A stretch of DNA of 64,000 bases. Source: Podarcis melisellensis. Its lineage: Eukaryota. The notes beneath the pieces were generated by a model, which was not told the origin of the DNA, ran no database searches, and was given only the letters and a program-made list of their open reading frames with translations. Made by a program: the position numbers and the translations under genes. The stretch is from the NCBI GenBank assembly GCA_964234715.1, contig OZ174276.1. The stretch is one strand, 5' to 3'. Below, one piece after another: positions 1 to 12,030 of the stretch (positions are counted from its first letter, which is position 1; every line of letters begins with the position of its first letter).

Positions 1-284
1 ATTTTGTTTTTAACTTGGTTCTATTTGTTTCCCCACACAGTTCTGGTGGATTTTTGTGCTATTCACAAATGACTTATTGGCAGGCAAGTTCAATTAAATG
101 GCCTGTTTCAACCTATTTGTTTGGCCTTGCATTTCCAGCTCAATTTTGCTGGCCACCATCAGTAGGTGAGGTGGTACAGGTCATATTAGAAAGGCAGGTC
201 ACATGGGAACCACAGTGTCTTTATGCAAGTTGTTAAAAAAACATATCCAGTGTGTGCACAGGCTTTGATAAAGCAAGTTTTGCA

Positions 285-503
285 CAGTGGTACCTCAGAT
301 TACATACGCTTCAGGTTACATACGCTTCAGGTTACAGACTCCGCTAACCCAGAAATAGTACCTTGGGTTAAGAACTTTGCTTCAGGATGAGAACAGAAAT
401 TGGGGGAGGCCCCATTAGCTAAAGTGGTTTTTCAGGTTAAGAACAGTTTCAGGTTAAGAACAGACCTCCGGAATGAATTAAGTACATAACCAGAAATACA
501 CTG
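285..503. mobile_element. Tc1/mariner (Tigger/pogo-like) MITE
   Basis: Begins CAGTGGTACC, ends ...ACACTG then TA; internal CAGGTTA repeats; a longer copy in opposite orientation lies at 59496-59737. Confidence 0.8.
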
Positions 504-1642
504 TATTGCACCCTGAAAATGCTGTTGGAGGCCTCACGGAGGCACATTTGGAAGAACATGCAGCTAATGAAATAATCTGCACATGAATACAACTTTAAAA
601 TTTTCCTTCAAAAACTGACTATATAAACATAGTACCAAGACATCTTGCTTCCCCAAGCATCATGTAAAAAACAACATTTTCCTTTGTTTCTGTTAGGCCT
701 CTGTAAGACCTAAATATTCATCATTTTTATTGTAAATAAAGTTGGAATAAACTGGTGGTTTAGAGGAAGGAACATCTGCCTTTGGGGAAAAGAAATTACT
801 GGAATTATCCAACTTGGATCACTCCATGATCATCGTTTGAGAGGTTTGTTTCTCTGCAACGATTAATGCTAATTCCTTTCAACAGAGTCCCATTTCACAG
901 GACACATACATGCCAGGTCACAAAACCAAAGACAAACCTTCAAAGAGATGTACAGAGTGCCACACTAGCTTTAATGACTTCCAACCGTCAATGCTTGCAG
1001 AGCAAACATCTGCTTAATTTGAAGGTAAACCATGGCTCTCTGCCATGTGGATGAGGTCTGAAAGCCAAATAACCAACTATTTTCTCAAAGTACAGAGAAA
1101 TGATAGACTGGTGTTCCAGTTCTAAATCTGGAAGCTCTATTATGGTTTACAGATGGATGTTCTACATGTCCCATCAAAAGGTGTAGTTAAAAGTGCAATA
1201 AGAAACGCTTTACAGATCTCCTCTATCACAAATGCTTTTGGTCACCATTCTTTACATTTTATGGATTGGGGCTCTTCTCCACAGCTTCATGGGTAAACTG
1301 TGGATATTTATATCCAGTTCACTTGGGGCCAGAATCAACATTTTGTCCAGTGAATCATAGCTGTGGTATTTTAACAGACACTGTGAACAGTGACTGAATA
1401 TTAGTTGGTAGTCTTGGTACATCAGTCTGGGGATAGAAAGAGTGTTCAGCAACATAATATTCTCATTAGTGTGTTTCCAACATACTTGTTTGCCTGCAAG
1501 AAAGTCTGGTTTTGCACAGAACCGTCAAACCAACAATTACTTCCAGTATTCAACCTCCACTAAGAGACAGACACAAGTCATAAATACCATTTAGTCTCAT
1601 TTGTCAAGCCTGAAAGCACAAAGCTGAATTATTAATTTTCAG

Positions 1643-1860
1643 AGAAGTGGTCGTGTTTGTCTGTTGCAGCAAAAACAAGAGAATCCTGTGGCACCAGGCA
1701 CCTTAAAGACTAAAAACATATATATTATGACATAAGTTCTCAAAGACCAGAGTCGACTTTGTGAGATGAAATGATCTGATCATCTGATCAAATGGACTTT
1801 GGTCCACAAAAGCTTTGCCATAATAAATTTGTTAGTATTTAATATGTCTGGTGCCACAAA
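1643..1860. mobile_element. Penelope-like retroelement remnant (inverted ends)
   Basis: GTGGCACC..TTAAAGACTAA..TTATGACATAAG..CCAGAGTC followed by its degenerate reverse complement (GACTTTGGTCC..GCCATAATAAATTTGTTAGT..GGTGCCAC); resembles reptile Penelope ends as I recall them. Confidence 0.55.
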
Positions 1861-2813
1861 CTGAATTTATTTGGCATGTAACTAGACTAAATGGTATTTA
1901 TGACTTGTGTCTGTTCACTCCTTACCATAGGCTTACCAAAAAAGCAAACTATCTACTCAACTAGGTATTGATTTCCTATAGACCTGAAAATGATGATATT
2001 CAGATGTCACACAAAAATGGTTGATTGTGAAGGGAATAAGCCCAGACTCACTGCTGATGAATGGGAGCTCCTGCCTTGCCACGGGTACAGCTCTGAGATT
2101 AGAGATGTTCACTTCAGATTTCAATTAACCAGAGTTTAGCATGATGTCTGAACTCTAACCTCTGGTTCACTTTGTCAAAGCAAGCCAGTTTCATAAACCA
2201 CAGTTTGAACTTTGCGTGTTTCCAACAAACCACAGTTAACCACAGTTTGTCAGGTTCAGACACAATAAGCTGATGTTAACTGCAATCTGAAGCACTGGGA
2301 CCACTGGGAGTTTAGGATTGTTCCTGTCTTCATGATAACTCATATATTCTTATTAAGTTGGGAAACAGTTACTGAATATCTCGAACATGTAATTTAAAAT
2401 CCATTGACTGGCTCTCAAAACTACTTCAAGCAGGACCTTGTGGAAATAGAGGCAGAGCAGCTATGAGCCTGACTATTAATGGGCACAAAGACAGCCCATC
2501 CAAAGCAGTTCAACAGCTGTCAAGTGCCAGTGGTCTCCTGCCACAGAACATATCTCCTGGGGAAAGTGATAAGAATTTCCTTGTGCAGAGCTTTTTCCTT
2601 AGAGGAAGGTGTCTGCTTTGCAGTCAGGACTCAGAAGGAAGCAGTCTAACGAAGCATTTAACACCCGAGATGCCTTTATTTAGCCATCTGCAATTCATCA
2701 CCAGCTGACAGAGCTGCATACAGGAAAGGCAGGTATGCATCCACTGCTATACCTAAATGCTGACACTGCTCTGAACTGTAACAAGCTTTCACAAGAGCTC
2801 AAGTGTTATATAG

Positions 2814-2943
2814 CAGGGATGGGGAACATCTGGCCCTCCAGATGCTGTTGGACTCCAACTCCTATCAGCTCCAGCTAGCAAAGGCAAGGATGATGGGAGC
2901 TGTAGTCCAGCAATATCTGAAGGCCAACAGGTACCCATCCCTG
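2814..2943. mobile_element. short palindromic hAT-type MITE
   Basis: CAGGGATGGG...CCCATCCCTG termini; internal CCAGATGCTGTTGGACT/AGTCCAGCAATATCTG arms. Confidence 0.7.
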
Positions 2944-3999
2944 TGCTACAGGATTTGGGTGGGAAGGATATTATTCAGAGGAACAGCCTGGGCAAGACCA
3001 TTCTGAACAAGGAAAAGGCAGGAGCTAAACTGGAGAACTCATATGATGAACAGGCATTCTTAAGTCAAGGCAGATAATGCACAAGCTTTATCCCCCTCCC
3101 CGCGCACAGAGCTTTTTGTAGCTCCCAAGACACCCAATATTTACTTATACTACTCCTATGGTTCCACCACTGCAATGCCAGCATGCAGAAGTTTTCTGTG
3201 GGTCTCCACGTGGCGCCCCTATTTCTCTCTTTAAACAATATTTTTAAAAAGGAAGAAAAGAAAATGTAAACAGAACTGTGATGCCAAAAGGATTTTGTGT
3301 CCATTTGTCCTTTACACTTTTTTGGCAATGCTGCTTTTATATTTGGGTTAGCTGCTGCTGTATTAAATGATGGGATTTTTACAGGTGAAACTGTTCATTT
3401 AGTCAATCTTTATGCAACCTGCTTTATGAATGCTTAGCAACACCTCCCATTACTTCTGCTTAGGAAGACACATGAAAATGAAGGCCCTATAGGATTAAGA
3501 CATGTTTCTAGAACCACCCAAAGGTAAAGTTCATGCAGAACATGCAGAATTCACAGCTGTTAGAATAATTATGTACTTCAAGAACAAGGCCATCCTCAGT
3601 CAGTATGTACAAAATGGTGTGTTGAATTAGTGCCCCGATAGTGGCAACTTTCACAATATACAATAGGCGTTGCATAACAAATCCACATTAAAAAGCAGAA
3701 AACCAACAGGAATGTTTTCTGGCCACTACTTTAATCTTAAACAGCAGCAAGACAGCCAGCAGAGCTTATCTAGTGCCATGATGTACAGAATGGTAAGATA
3801 AATCAGGCAGCTGAACATCCGTGGCTACCCAGCTGTGTTGCATTGCCTTTTCAAGCTCTTTAATAGCTATCTTGTCCTACAGCTTTAGTCACGTTGTTTT
3901 CCTTCACTTGCAGAAGGGGAGATCAGAAAGTCACGTGAAGGTAGAGTTGTTAAATGAAAGGATTCTTGAGCTTTTAGTACAAATATCTATTTCCAACTA

Positions 4000-4180
4000 C
4001 AGTCATACCTCTTGTTGCATTTGCTTCACGCTGCAGCTTTTCGAGTTGCGAACGCAGCAAACCTGGAAATGTATACTATCGCGCTCCGCGCTTGTGCAGA
4101 TGCACCGCTCTAGTTGCAGACTTTTTGGGGTGCGAACGGCACCCCAGAACGGATCATGTTTGCAACTAGAGGTACCACTG
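4000..4180. mobile_element. Tc1/mariner (Tigger-like) MITE
   Basis: TA|CAGTCATACCTC...GAGGTACCACTG|TA: terminal inverted repeats and TA target duplication. Confidence 0.75.
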
Positions 4181-4767
4181 TATAAACCCACAATAATTCT
4201 TGTATTTTGAGATAAGGCATCGTTTACCTGCAGTCATGCAAGCAAGCCATAACTAAAACAACTCCCAAGATTTAAACTCCCTTTCATGGGCCAAATATCT
4301 TTCCTAAGCCAGGCATCGGCACACCCATGGAAGGTTCAACTTCACACCAAACCCTGAAGGCCTAGCTCTTGCAACAGCACTGCAATGAGGTTTCAAAGCC
4401 CAAACCCTGCATGTATGTTATGTGGCTGCTGACAATAAGGCCCAGAAGCTCTCAAAGTTCAACCAAGAAGCTGCTTCAACCATGTATTTCTGCACACTGT
4501 TAACATGAGGGTTGGAAACCCCAAAATCGACATTTAACTTTTTTTATTTCTTAATGCTTTGTTTACGCGCATGATAGGCTACGAAAGAATAGAAAGGGGA
4601 CTGTTCACACCAAATTAAATACACATTCTTATTTAATAGCTGCAGTCTTCGAAACTCCTCCAGGAATAAACTCCAGATTCAGGCACACTGTGAAAATAAT
4701 GCAGAGTATGCCTGAGTTACGTTTAAATGGGGAAAATTTACTGTATTATCATTCTTAGATGTTAGAC

Positions 4768-5016
4768 CATGGGTAGGCAAACTAAGGCCTGGGGGCCAGA
4801 TGCGGCCCAATTGTCTTCTAAATCCGGCCCGCGGACGGTCTAGGAATCAGCGTGTTTTTACTTGAGTAGAATGTTTGCTTTGATTTAAAATGTATCTCTG
4901 GGTTATTTGTGGGGCATAGGAATTCGTTCACCCCCCCCCCAATATAGTCTGCCCCTCCCCACAAGGTCTGAGGGACAGTGGACCAGCCCCCTACTGAAAA
5001 AGTTTTCTGACCCCTG
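4768..5016. mobile_element. hAT (Charlie-like) MITE
   Basis: CATGGGTAGGCAAACT...TGACCCCTG with perfect 8-bp TSD TGTTAGAC (4760-4767, 5017-5024); second copy at 35757-36077. Confidence 0.85.
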
Positions 5017-5279
5017 TGTTAGACCTTTTAGAACAAATGACAAAGCAGCCAGTGTCCAAGCAGCTCTAGAACAAAAGAAAATGATTCTCAGTGGAACAGA
5101 ACTGAGAATATGGAATGCCACAGCATTATGCACTTCATGTGGAACCCAGGCACTTTCTTCTGAAGGTGAAAGGAGTAGAGACATAAGCTGTTTCTTCTTT
5201 GATGGAAGATCAAAAAAACTTTGCTTTAAACTTTAATTATTATGGACAAAATAGTTATGAACAATTCTGTGCAGAAGGC

Positions 5280-5322
<43 letters not shown>

Positions 5323-5353
5323 CTTATTTACACACACACACACACACACACAC
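5280..5353. repeat. compound microsatellite (ATTT)n-(CA)n
   Basis: Directly visible. Confidence 0.95.
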
Positions 5354-5771
5354 GTAGTCTGCCCTGTGGAAAGATGGGACATACATATTTTAAATAAATA
5401 CCTGACATGGGCAAATATTTATGTGGAGGAAGAAATTATTCAGGAAGAAGAGCAAAATTATTGCTGTAACCTCTGAAATAATGAGAGTCAGAATTAGGGA
5501 AATCAATTTCTGATTGGCTTGAATGTACATTCTGTTTGGATGTGTCTCCTTCTGAACTGCTGTGCACATGACTAGAAAATCAAGGGCAGAGCCCTGCTAA
5601 ACTTGTTTTGCTGGTGATCTCAATTTAGTTAGCGCCACAGAAAAGGCAGTTCCTTCTTGGTGTTCAGTTTATGAAAGTTAACAGTAGAAACTCTGACAAA
5701 TTCTCTCTTTTGTTCTCCCCACCCCCCGTCCTGTCCCCCAGTGTTACAAAACGTGGGTTAACCCAAGCAGG

Positions 5772-5898
5772 ATGTCTTTCAAGGAATTTCAGAATGAACT
5801 CTATGCTCTTGGTAGCAAGCTATGGCTCAAGCTCGAGGGACTACCCAAGGCTGAACCTTTGGAGATTGTGTTCTTTTTCATCATCATCTTGTTCATTG
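5772..5898 (+). CDS. SMIM5: SMIM5 coding exon 1 (MSFKEFQNELYALGSKLWLKLEGLPKAEPLEIVFFFIIILFI)
   Basis: Matches the recalled mammalian SMIM5 motif LKL..LP.AEP.EIV.F..IILF; pyrimidine-rich acceptor ending AG at 5740-5741 implies an upstream 5'UTR exon; donor G|GTAAGT at 5898/5899; syntenic position in the RECQL5 intron. Confidence 0.92.
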
Positions 5899-7645
5899 GT
5901 AAGTATGAATCATCCTTGCAACTTTCTGGGCTCATCAGATGGGTCTATTTTGTCATTCAGGAGCTATGAATATTGTATTCTATTTTTGAGCTTTTCTTTA
6001 ATATACATGGTTTCTGACTCCTCAGCAATTGTGATGTTCAGGACAGGCTTGAAGTAAACGTTTGTAAGAATTCAGTGCAGATCTACACTGCTAAGTTTCA
6101 CCATACAATATAAATGCTGTTTATATATGTGAATATTTGTGTGGCAGAATCAGGACTGGCAGCCAGCCCCTAGGTTCTATAGCACTTAAAAGTTTCAGTC
6201 TGAACTATATCATATGAATGGCATGGGAGTCAACATTTACAGAAATAGTTAACTCTGGGTCAATTGGTAGTGTTGCTTGGGCTACCGTACTACAAGATTA
6301 TGCAGGAGGTAGCATGTACAGTTTAGAGCTAACAGCGGAATCTCCCAGCATAGAGAGAACGAGGCCCAATTCACACATAACTTCTCATCACTTGCATTCT
6401 TAGATGAATGTATGAAGTGTGCATATCCATTGCAAAGCAGCATATCCAAAGCAGTAGGGAAGCTCTGTCTGTGACAGATGTTCAAATATGAAACAGGCAT
6501 CAAGTGATTAACATGCATGTGTCCAAAGATACACCAGGTGGCATGGAGCAGTTCCTGAAACAAGTGACGGGGTAATTAACAACCACAGATACCGAAGAAA
6601 GCTGGTAGATATAAAAGCAACTGTATAATGTTTTCTTCTGTTGAATTTGAAAGAAGAAAAGCCTGCTTGTGTACTGCAACAAATCCTCCCCTTGTTGGAA
6701 TTGGGAAAGTGCCAGATGAGCCTAGCCTTCTTTCAGCTAGAACTCTGGGCTAGCCTGAACTAAAGCTTTTTGACTAAACATGTTGAAGATTATTTCCTTT
6801 GCCCTTTACCTGCTGGTACTCTTTACATTAGAAATCAGCTGTACCTTTAAGAACAGCTACTACCACTCATATACTGTTTGATTTGCAATGGGGTTTATAA
6901 TCATTGTGCAGCTCACACCATCCTTTGAGAACTGTCAGTATTATTTCTGTCTCGCTGATGTGTTAAACAGTGGCTTCTACAAGGCCTCACAACAAGTTCG
7001 TGAGAGAGGTGTATGACTTGAATCCAGAGATTCCCACTTCCAGCGCTCAGTGCACTCTAGCGTTGGCATGATGTAAAAGGAACAGGGAACACAACCCCAC
7101 ACTTTGTGCTCTTTCACCATATAGACAAAAGCCATTAGTAGTAATAGTCATTGTTCAGCAGAGTGGGTTAATGTTCGTAAGTTTGAAAGCCATGCAAAAT
7201 CCTTCCCCAACCCATCACAAGAATTTCCTTTCCCAGTCTCCACTACAGCCCAAGTGTTGTTTATGTCCTTTATCCATTCCACTCAGAGAACCAGCTGCTT
7301 CTTCCTTTCACTCCCTCTCCCTACCTGTATTTTCTAGGAACCCATTACCTTGACAGTGATCATGACTGCCTACTCTCCACTCCAAGCATGGGCGCAGCTG
7401 GGAGAGCAGGAAAGTGTAGGTTACCTTTTTTTGTAGGTGCCAATAGCAGAACAATTAAAAACAACGAGCATAGTTTGGGCTTGTTCTAGAGCTCTTGTTG
7501 TTAGCAACTCTTGCGCCCTCTAGTAATTCCAGAGGACACAAGACAAATGTAAAAGCCACAACTGTCCCTTTCTGGTGAGCCTATTCATTGTATTAGCAGG
7601 TTGGGTTGTTCTAACTCCTGGCTAGCAATCCCAGAAGCTAATATT

Positions 7646-7651
<6 letters not shown>

Positions 7652-7679
<28 letters not shown>
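7652..7679 (+). repeat. (CT)n microsatellite forming the polypyrimidine tract of the SMIM5 last exon
   Basis: Directly visible immediately upstream of the CCTTTCAG acceptor. Confidence 0.9.
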
Positions 7680-7685
<6 letters not shown>

Positions 7686-7688
7686 CAG

Positions 7689-7804
7689 TTACGGTACTTT
7701 CGATGATGATCATAGCTTGCAGTGTTTGCTGTGCCCGCTGCTGTAATGGAACACCTGTTCACAAGCCTAGGAGGATCCAAGTTCGGCCAGCAGACTGTGT
7801 ATGA
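7689..7804 (+). CDS. SMIM5: SMIM5 coding exon 2 (VTVLSMMIIACSVCCARCCNGTPVHKPRRIQVRPADCV*); total 80 aa single-pass membrane protein
   Basis: Phase-1 acceptor CAG|TT joins in frame (127+116=243 nt); Cys cluster after the TM helix and R.IQV.P motif as in SMIM5; first canonical AATAAA I can find downstream is 9018-9023. Confidence 0.92.
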
Positions 7805-8295
7805 GAATGCATTAAGAAAAGGGTGTGGATGTACTGAGGAATGTGTGCAGACTGCTACCAGCTGGCACCACAATACTCTTCTACAAGATAGTGGATGAGA
7901 GCACTAAGGAAGAGCAGCGAGAAAGAGACCTCGCCCTGCCTAGGGTTTTATGCCATGGTCACTGTAGGGCACTGATGAAGTGATGGAGTTCAGTATTTCT
8001 CTCTCTGCCCCTTTGCAGACAGTTTACTATCAAGACGAAGATAACTGCATCATGGCTGGCCAGTGAGTTAATCCATAAAAGTGTGCAAAAATGCCACAAG
8101 CAAGTTAGCCAGGATTAAGACTGTTTATACTTTTCCACCTGGTAGTGTTCCAGGAAGATGTTGAATACAAGCAGTTTCCACTGAACTTCGAGCCACGTGC
8201 AATGGCTCAGCAGAACAAACGACAACATAAGCAGTGTTTCCTCCTCGATGTCCAACTGTCTGCAGCCAAGAACACAAGCACAACAATACAAACAA

Positions 8296-8670
8296 TTTCA
8301 TCCTTTCACAGAAGATGGCTCATTGTCTGTTTGCTCTCTTTGGCAGTTTTCCTTCCTTAATGGAGGCAGTGAAGGATGGGGGGGGGGGAGTTGGTACTGA
8401 TGCTCTTCTTCACTGTCTCTGAATCTTTTAAAAACCAATCACAACACACAGGGGTTAGTTTTTAGTTCACTGTTGTGTCAAGAATACAAGAGCATGTGAT
8501 GTCTGATCAAGGTGATGCAACATTGCAGTTTGCATATGATTTCAGAGACTGTGAAGAAGAGCACCAGTAACAACTCCCCCCCCCCTCCATCCCTCACTGC
8601 CTCCATTAAGGACGGAAAACTGCCAAAGAGAGCAAACAGACAACGAGCCATCTTCTGTGAAAGGATGAAA
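8296..8670. repeat. long inverted repeat (arms ~8296-8423 and ~8541-8670)
   Basis: Arms are reverse complements with about 7 differences over ~128 bp; spacer ~117 bp. Confidence 0.95.
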
Positions 8671-9496
8671 ACAAAAGGATGCCGAGCCACCAAAACACTA
8701 TGTCGTTTTGCTTGCCTTAAAGTGAATATTTTCCTCTTTCAAAATATATATTACATATTTGAGTGTTTTCTTTCTCATTCAAAAAGCCTGCCTTGTTTCC
8801 ATGGTACAAGGCAGTTCTTTAGTATGGTGAAAGGGGAACAACATATCGTTTATATGCTTGGGGTTTATAGTTAAATGCATTCTCTTAAATATATGTGATA
8901 TGAATAGTTTATATTTGTGGCATTAATACATCTTATTTAAGGCAATTGTACTGAGAGAGTTTACAAAAAGAGGGACATTTTAGAGTATTGCTTTAGAGTT
9001 ATTTGTGGAAAGAACATAATAAAAAAGGTTAAATTCTTCGATCCATTCATTGGTCTCTGTAGTTTAAAGTGTGCTTGTACACAGAGCTAATAAGATACAA
9101 CGAGGGCTGGTTATTTCAGGAAATGTGTGCAGCAGCTGGGCAAGCTAAAGCACAGCCAGGAATGAGCTGCCCAGCTACAGTTTGCAACTGAAAGGAAATC
9201 CATTTCCACAAAGGCAGACCTTGTGGACATTTGGTTTACACTCCAATGAACTTCAAAGAGTTACATGTGTACAAGGCAAAAGGAATGGAACCAACCACGT
9301 GCAAAAGGGGGAGGATTATTGCCACAATGCAATGAACTGCACAGGTGTCATTCCTAAAAGATATGTCATCTATAGCAAAGCCCCTATTCAAAAGATCAGA
9401 TTAGCCCAAGTCATCAAGACCATGACCATGCACCACCAGAAGCGAACAAAGAATTATGTGAAGGATCTGACAGAATTCTGCAAGTCTTACAATGTA

Positions 9497-10465
9497 CCGT
9501 ATTTTTCACTCTATAGGACACACTTTTTCCCCTCCAAAAATTAAGGGGAAATGTGTGTGCGTCCTATAGCGCGAATGCAGGCTGCGCGGCTAAGCCCAAA
9601 GCCAGAACAGGGAGACGGAGTACTGCACAGCGCTCTGTCTTGCTATTCTAGCTTGGGGCTAGCTGCGCAAAGCCTCCACAGGGGAGCGGGATGCCTTCAC
9701 CCCGCTGCCCTGCGGAGGCTACAAAGGCTGTCCCCGAAGCCAGAACAGGGAGATGGAGCGCTCCATCTCGCTGTTCTAGCTTGGGGATGGCTGCGCAAAG
9801 CCTCCGCAGGGCAGCAGGGTGCCTTCACCCCGCTGCCCTGCGGAGGCTACAAACGCTATCCCCGAAGCCTCAAGCCTTTGGAGTGCAGCGGGAACTCGTG
9901 CTGCACTCCAAAGGCTTTGGGTCAACGAAAGGAACCCGAAGCCTTTGGAGCGTAGCACGAGGTCCCGCTGCACTCCAAAGGCTTCAGGGATCTTTGAGGT
10001 TGGCGGTGGGGGAAAGCAGCGCTTCCCCCCACCGCCAGCCCCACAAGCTCGGGGGGCAGCGGCAAGGCTGCACACAGCCTTTGCACTGTTCCCTGACCTG
10101 CTCTTTTGGGCTGGCAGTGGGGGAAAGCAGCGCTTCCCCCTGCCAGCCCCCAAGAGCAGGTCAAAAGGAACCTGAAGCCTCCGGAGCCCAGCGGGAACTC
10201 CCGCCACTCTCCAGAGGCTTCGGGTTGTCTTCACTGAAGCCTGGAGAGCGAGAGGGGTCAGTGCACACCGACCCCTCTCGCTCTCCAGGCTTCCAAGGTA
10301 GCCGCCTGAAGCCTCCAGAGCACAGCAGTAACTCCCATGCGCTCTGGAGGCTTTGGGTGAATGCACCTTGAACACACCTTGTTTTAGAGGGGGAGAACAA
10401 GGGGGGGGGAAATCCTCTTCTCCCCCTCCTATGGTCCGGTGCATCCTATAGAGCGAAAAATACAG
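9497..10465. mobile_element. non-autonomous Tc1/mariner-superfamily (Tc2/pogo-like) element with internal hairpin array
   Basis: TA|CCGTATTTTTCACTCTATAGGA...TCCTATAGAGCGAAAAATACAG|TA; GC-rich interior of serial palindromes; no transposase ORF. Confidence 0.85.
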
Positions 10466-12030
10466 TACTCTTATTCACAACTACTCGTTAAGTTCAATTG
10501 GAGTTACCCACAGGTAAACAAGTATGAGATCCCAGCCTAAATAATGAACTTTAATGCATACCTTCATTTTTGAAAGGGTAAACATTTAATCATTACAAAC
10601 CTGCAGAAGGCAATTAATTCTCTATGTTGCTCCTGCCAGTCTTTTGTGACAGATCTACCTGCTTCCACACAATTCCTGGATCAAGCTGGGACCTTTGTAA
10701 CACACAGCAGGTGGGATTCAACATAGCACTAAGTGGAGAATGCGTGCACGAAACAAGTTCCACTTGAGGAACAAGACTTTCCTGACTTTCCTCCCTCCAC
10801 GAGCCCCTGAAAATGTTCTGGGGGTTCCCGCCAGTAAGGATCCTGCCCAGAAAAATTAGTTAAGTATGGTCAAAGACCAGAAAGAAGGAACAATTTTAGC
10901 CTGCATGTTCTCCCATGTGCCTTCTCCAACTAAGCAAATATTACTGAGCTTGGGAGGTGGCTCAATCAATAATAGTACAACATGAATAAAATGAAGCCTG
11001 ATTGTATAATTCAAGCTTTCAGATAAGCCTCACCCTCTCTTGGCTGTGTTAATAATTTGCTAAAGTACAAACAGATATTAGACATTACACACTTTCTCTT
11101 TGCGCAATTAAGGAGGTCTTCCCAGCCAACAGGTTCTAAAAAGGCGACTACATACAGCTTAAGGTGAGCAGAGAGTTCTTCTCTATTCCTACTTTTCAAA
11201 AATTTACTAGAATCATCTGTAGTGATCTGTTTGCTCTGAACAGACTGCCACAATTATTAAGTTATTCATGTGCCACAATTACTTTCGTCATTTTATGGGA
11301 AATGGTTTAAGGGTCACTATAAGGGTCCTCCAGATTTGCACAAAGCCCATTGCTGTTTCTACTTTTATTAATCTGGCTGTACACATATATGACCTTGCTA
11401 AAGCAAACTGTTTTTATTCCAACAAGGAAGCATTATCCAAATATTTTTGCTGTGGTGCAGACAACTGGAGCGTGCCTGAGAGATTCAAACTGAGCATGGC
11501 TTTGTGTGGGAGAAATGTTACATTCCCCCTTAATCCCTCGTTTCATGCAGCATGTAGGCAAAGAGAGAGAAAACAACAAAAACCCAGAAAGCAATGATAC
11601 AAATGCAGTGAAATTTAGCTGATGTTTCATTCTTTCTGCTCTCCAATTACTCCAATCTTTCTGCACAGCAGCAAATGTGAAGCGAGGGAATAATCCACAT
11701 GCCCTTTTCAATGAGAACAGAACGTAGCAGGGGAATTAAAAGTACAAGCTGCTTCCAAAGAGATGTCAGACTGCATTTAGATGTCACAACAATAGGCCTG
11801 TAAGCACTCCAATCTGAAAGGTGATTGGAGAGATCAGTTCTCTACAATTCTAAGAGGCTTTTAAGTGGGTGAGATATTTATTTCAGCCACAGTTGCTTTG
11901 GGACTTTCTATTGGAATCTCTAAGAACAAACAAACAAACAAACAAAAACCCATAACATATGAAACATTTGACACTTTGCAGGATGCAAGTATTTTTGAAT
12001 GGATGTATGTCACCCACTGAAATGCTAATA

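Noticed and set aside
780-1500. Coding-looking sequence, perhaps an ancient LINE or pseudogene
   Set aside because: No sustained frame or motif I can identify; needs a translated search
9599-10354. CRISPR-like or integron-like reading of the hairpin array
   Set aside because: Vertebrate intron; no constant repeat with unique spacers and no cas or integrase gene; enclosed by transposon TIRs
9551-10444. Overlapping long ORFs (up to 226 aa) on both strands
   Set aside because: Products of a GC-rich palindromic MITE interior; no transposase or other domain recognisable
11433-11490. - strand HAPVVCTTAKIFG as possible RECQL5 exon 9
   Set aside because: Only superficial resemblance to CRHAAIAKYFG; followed immediately by a stop and lacks the Cys motif
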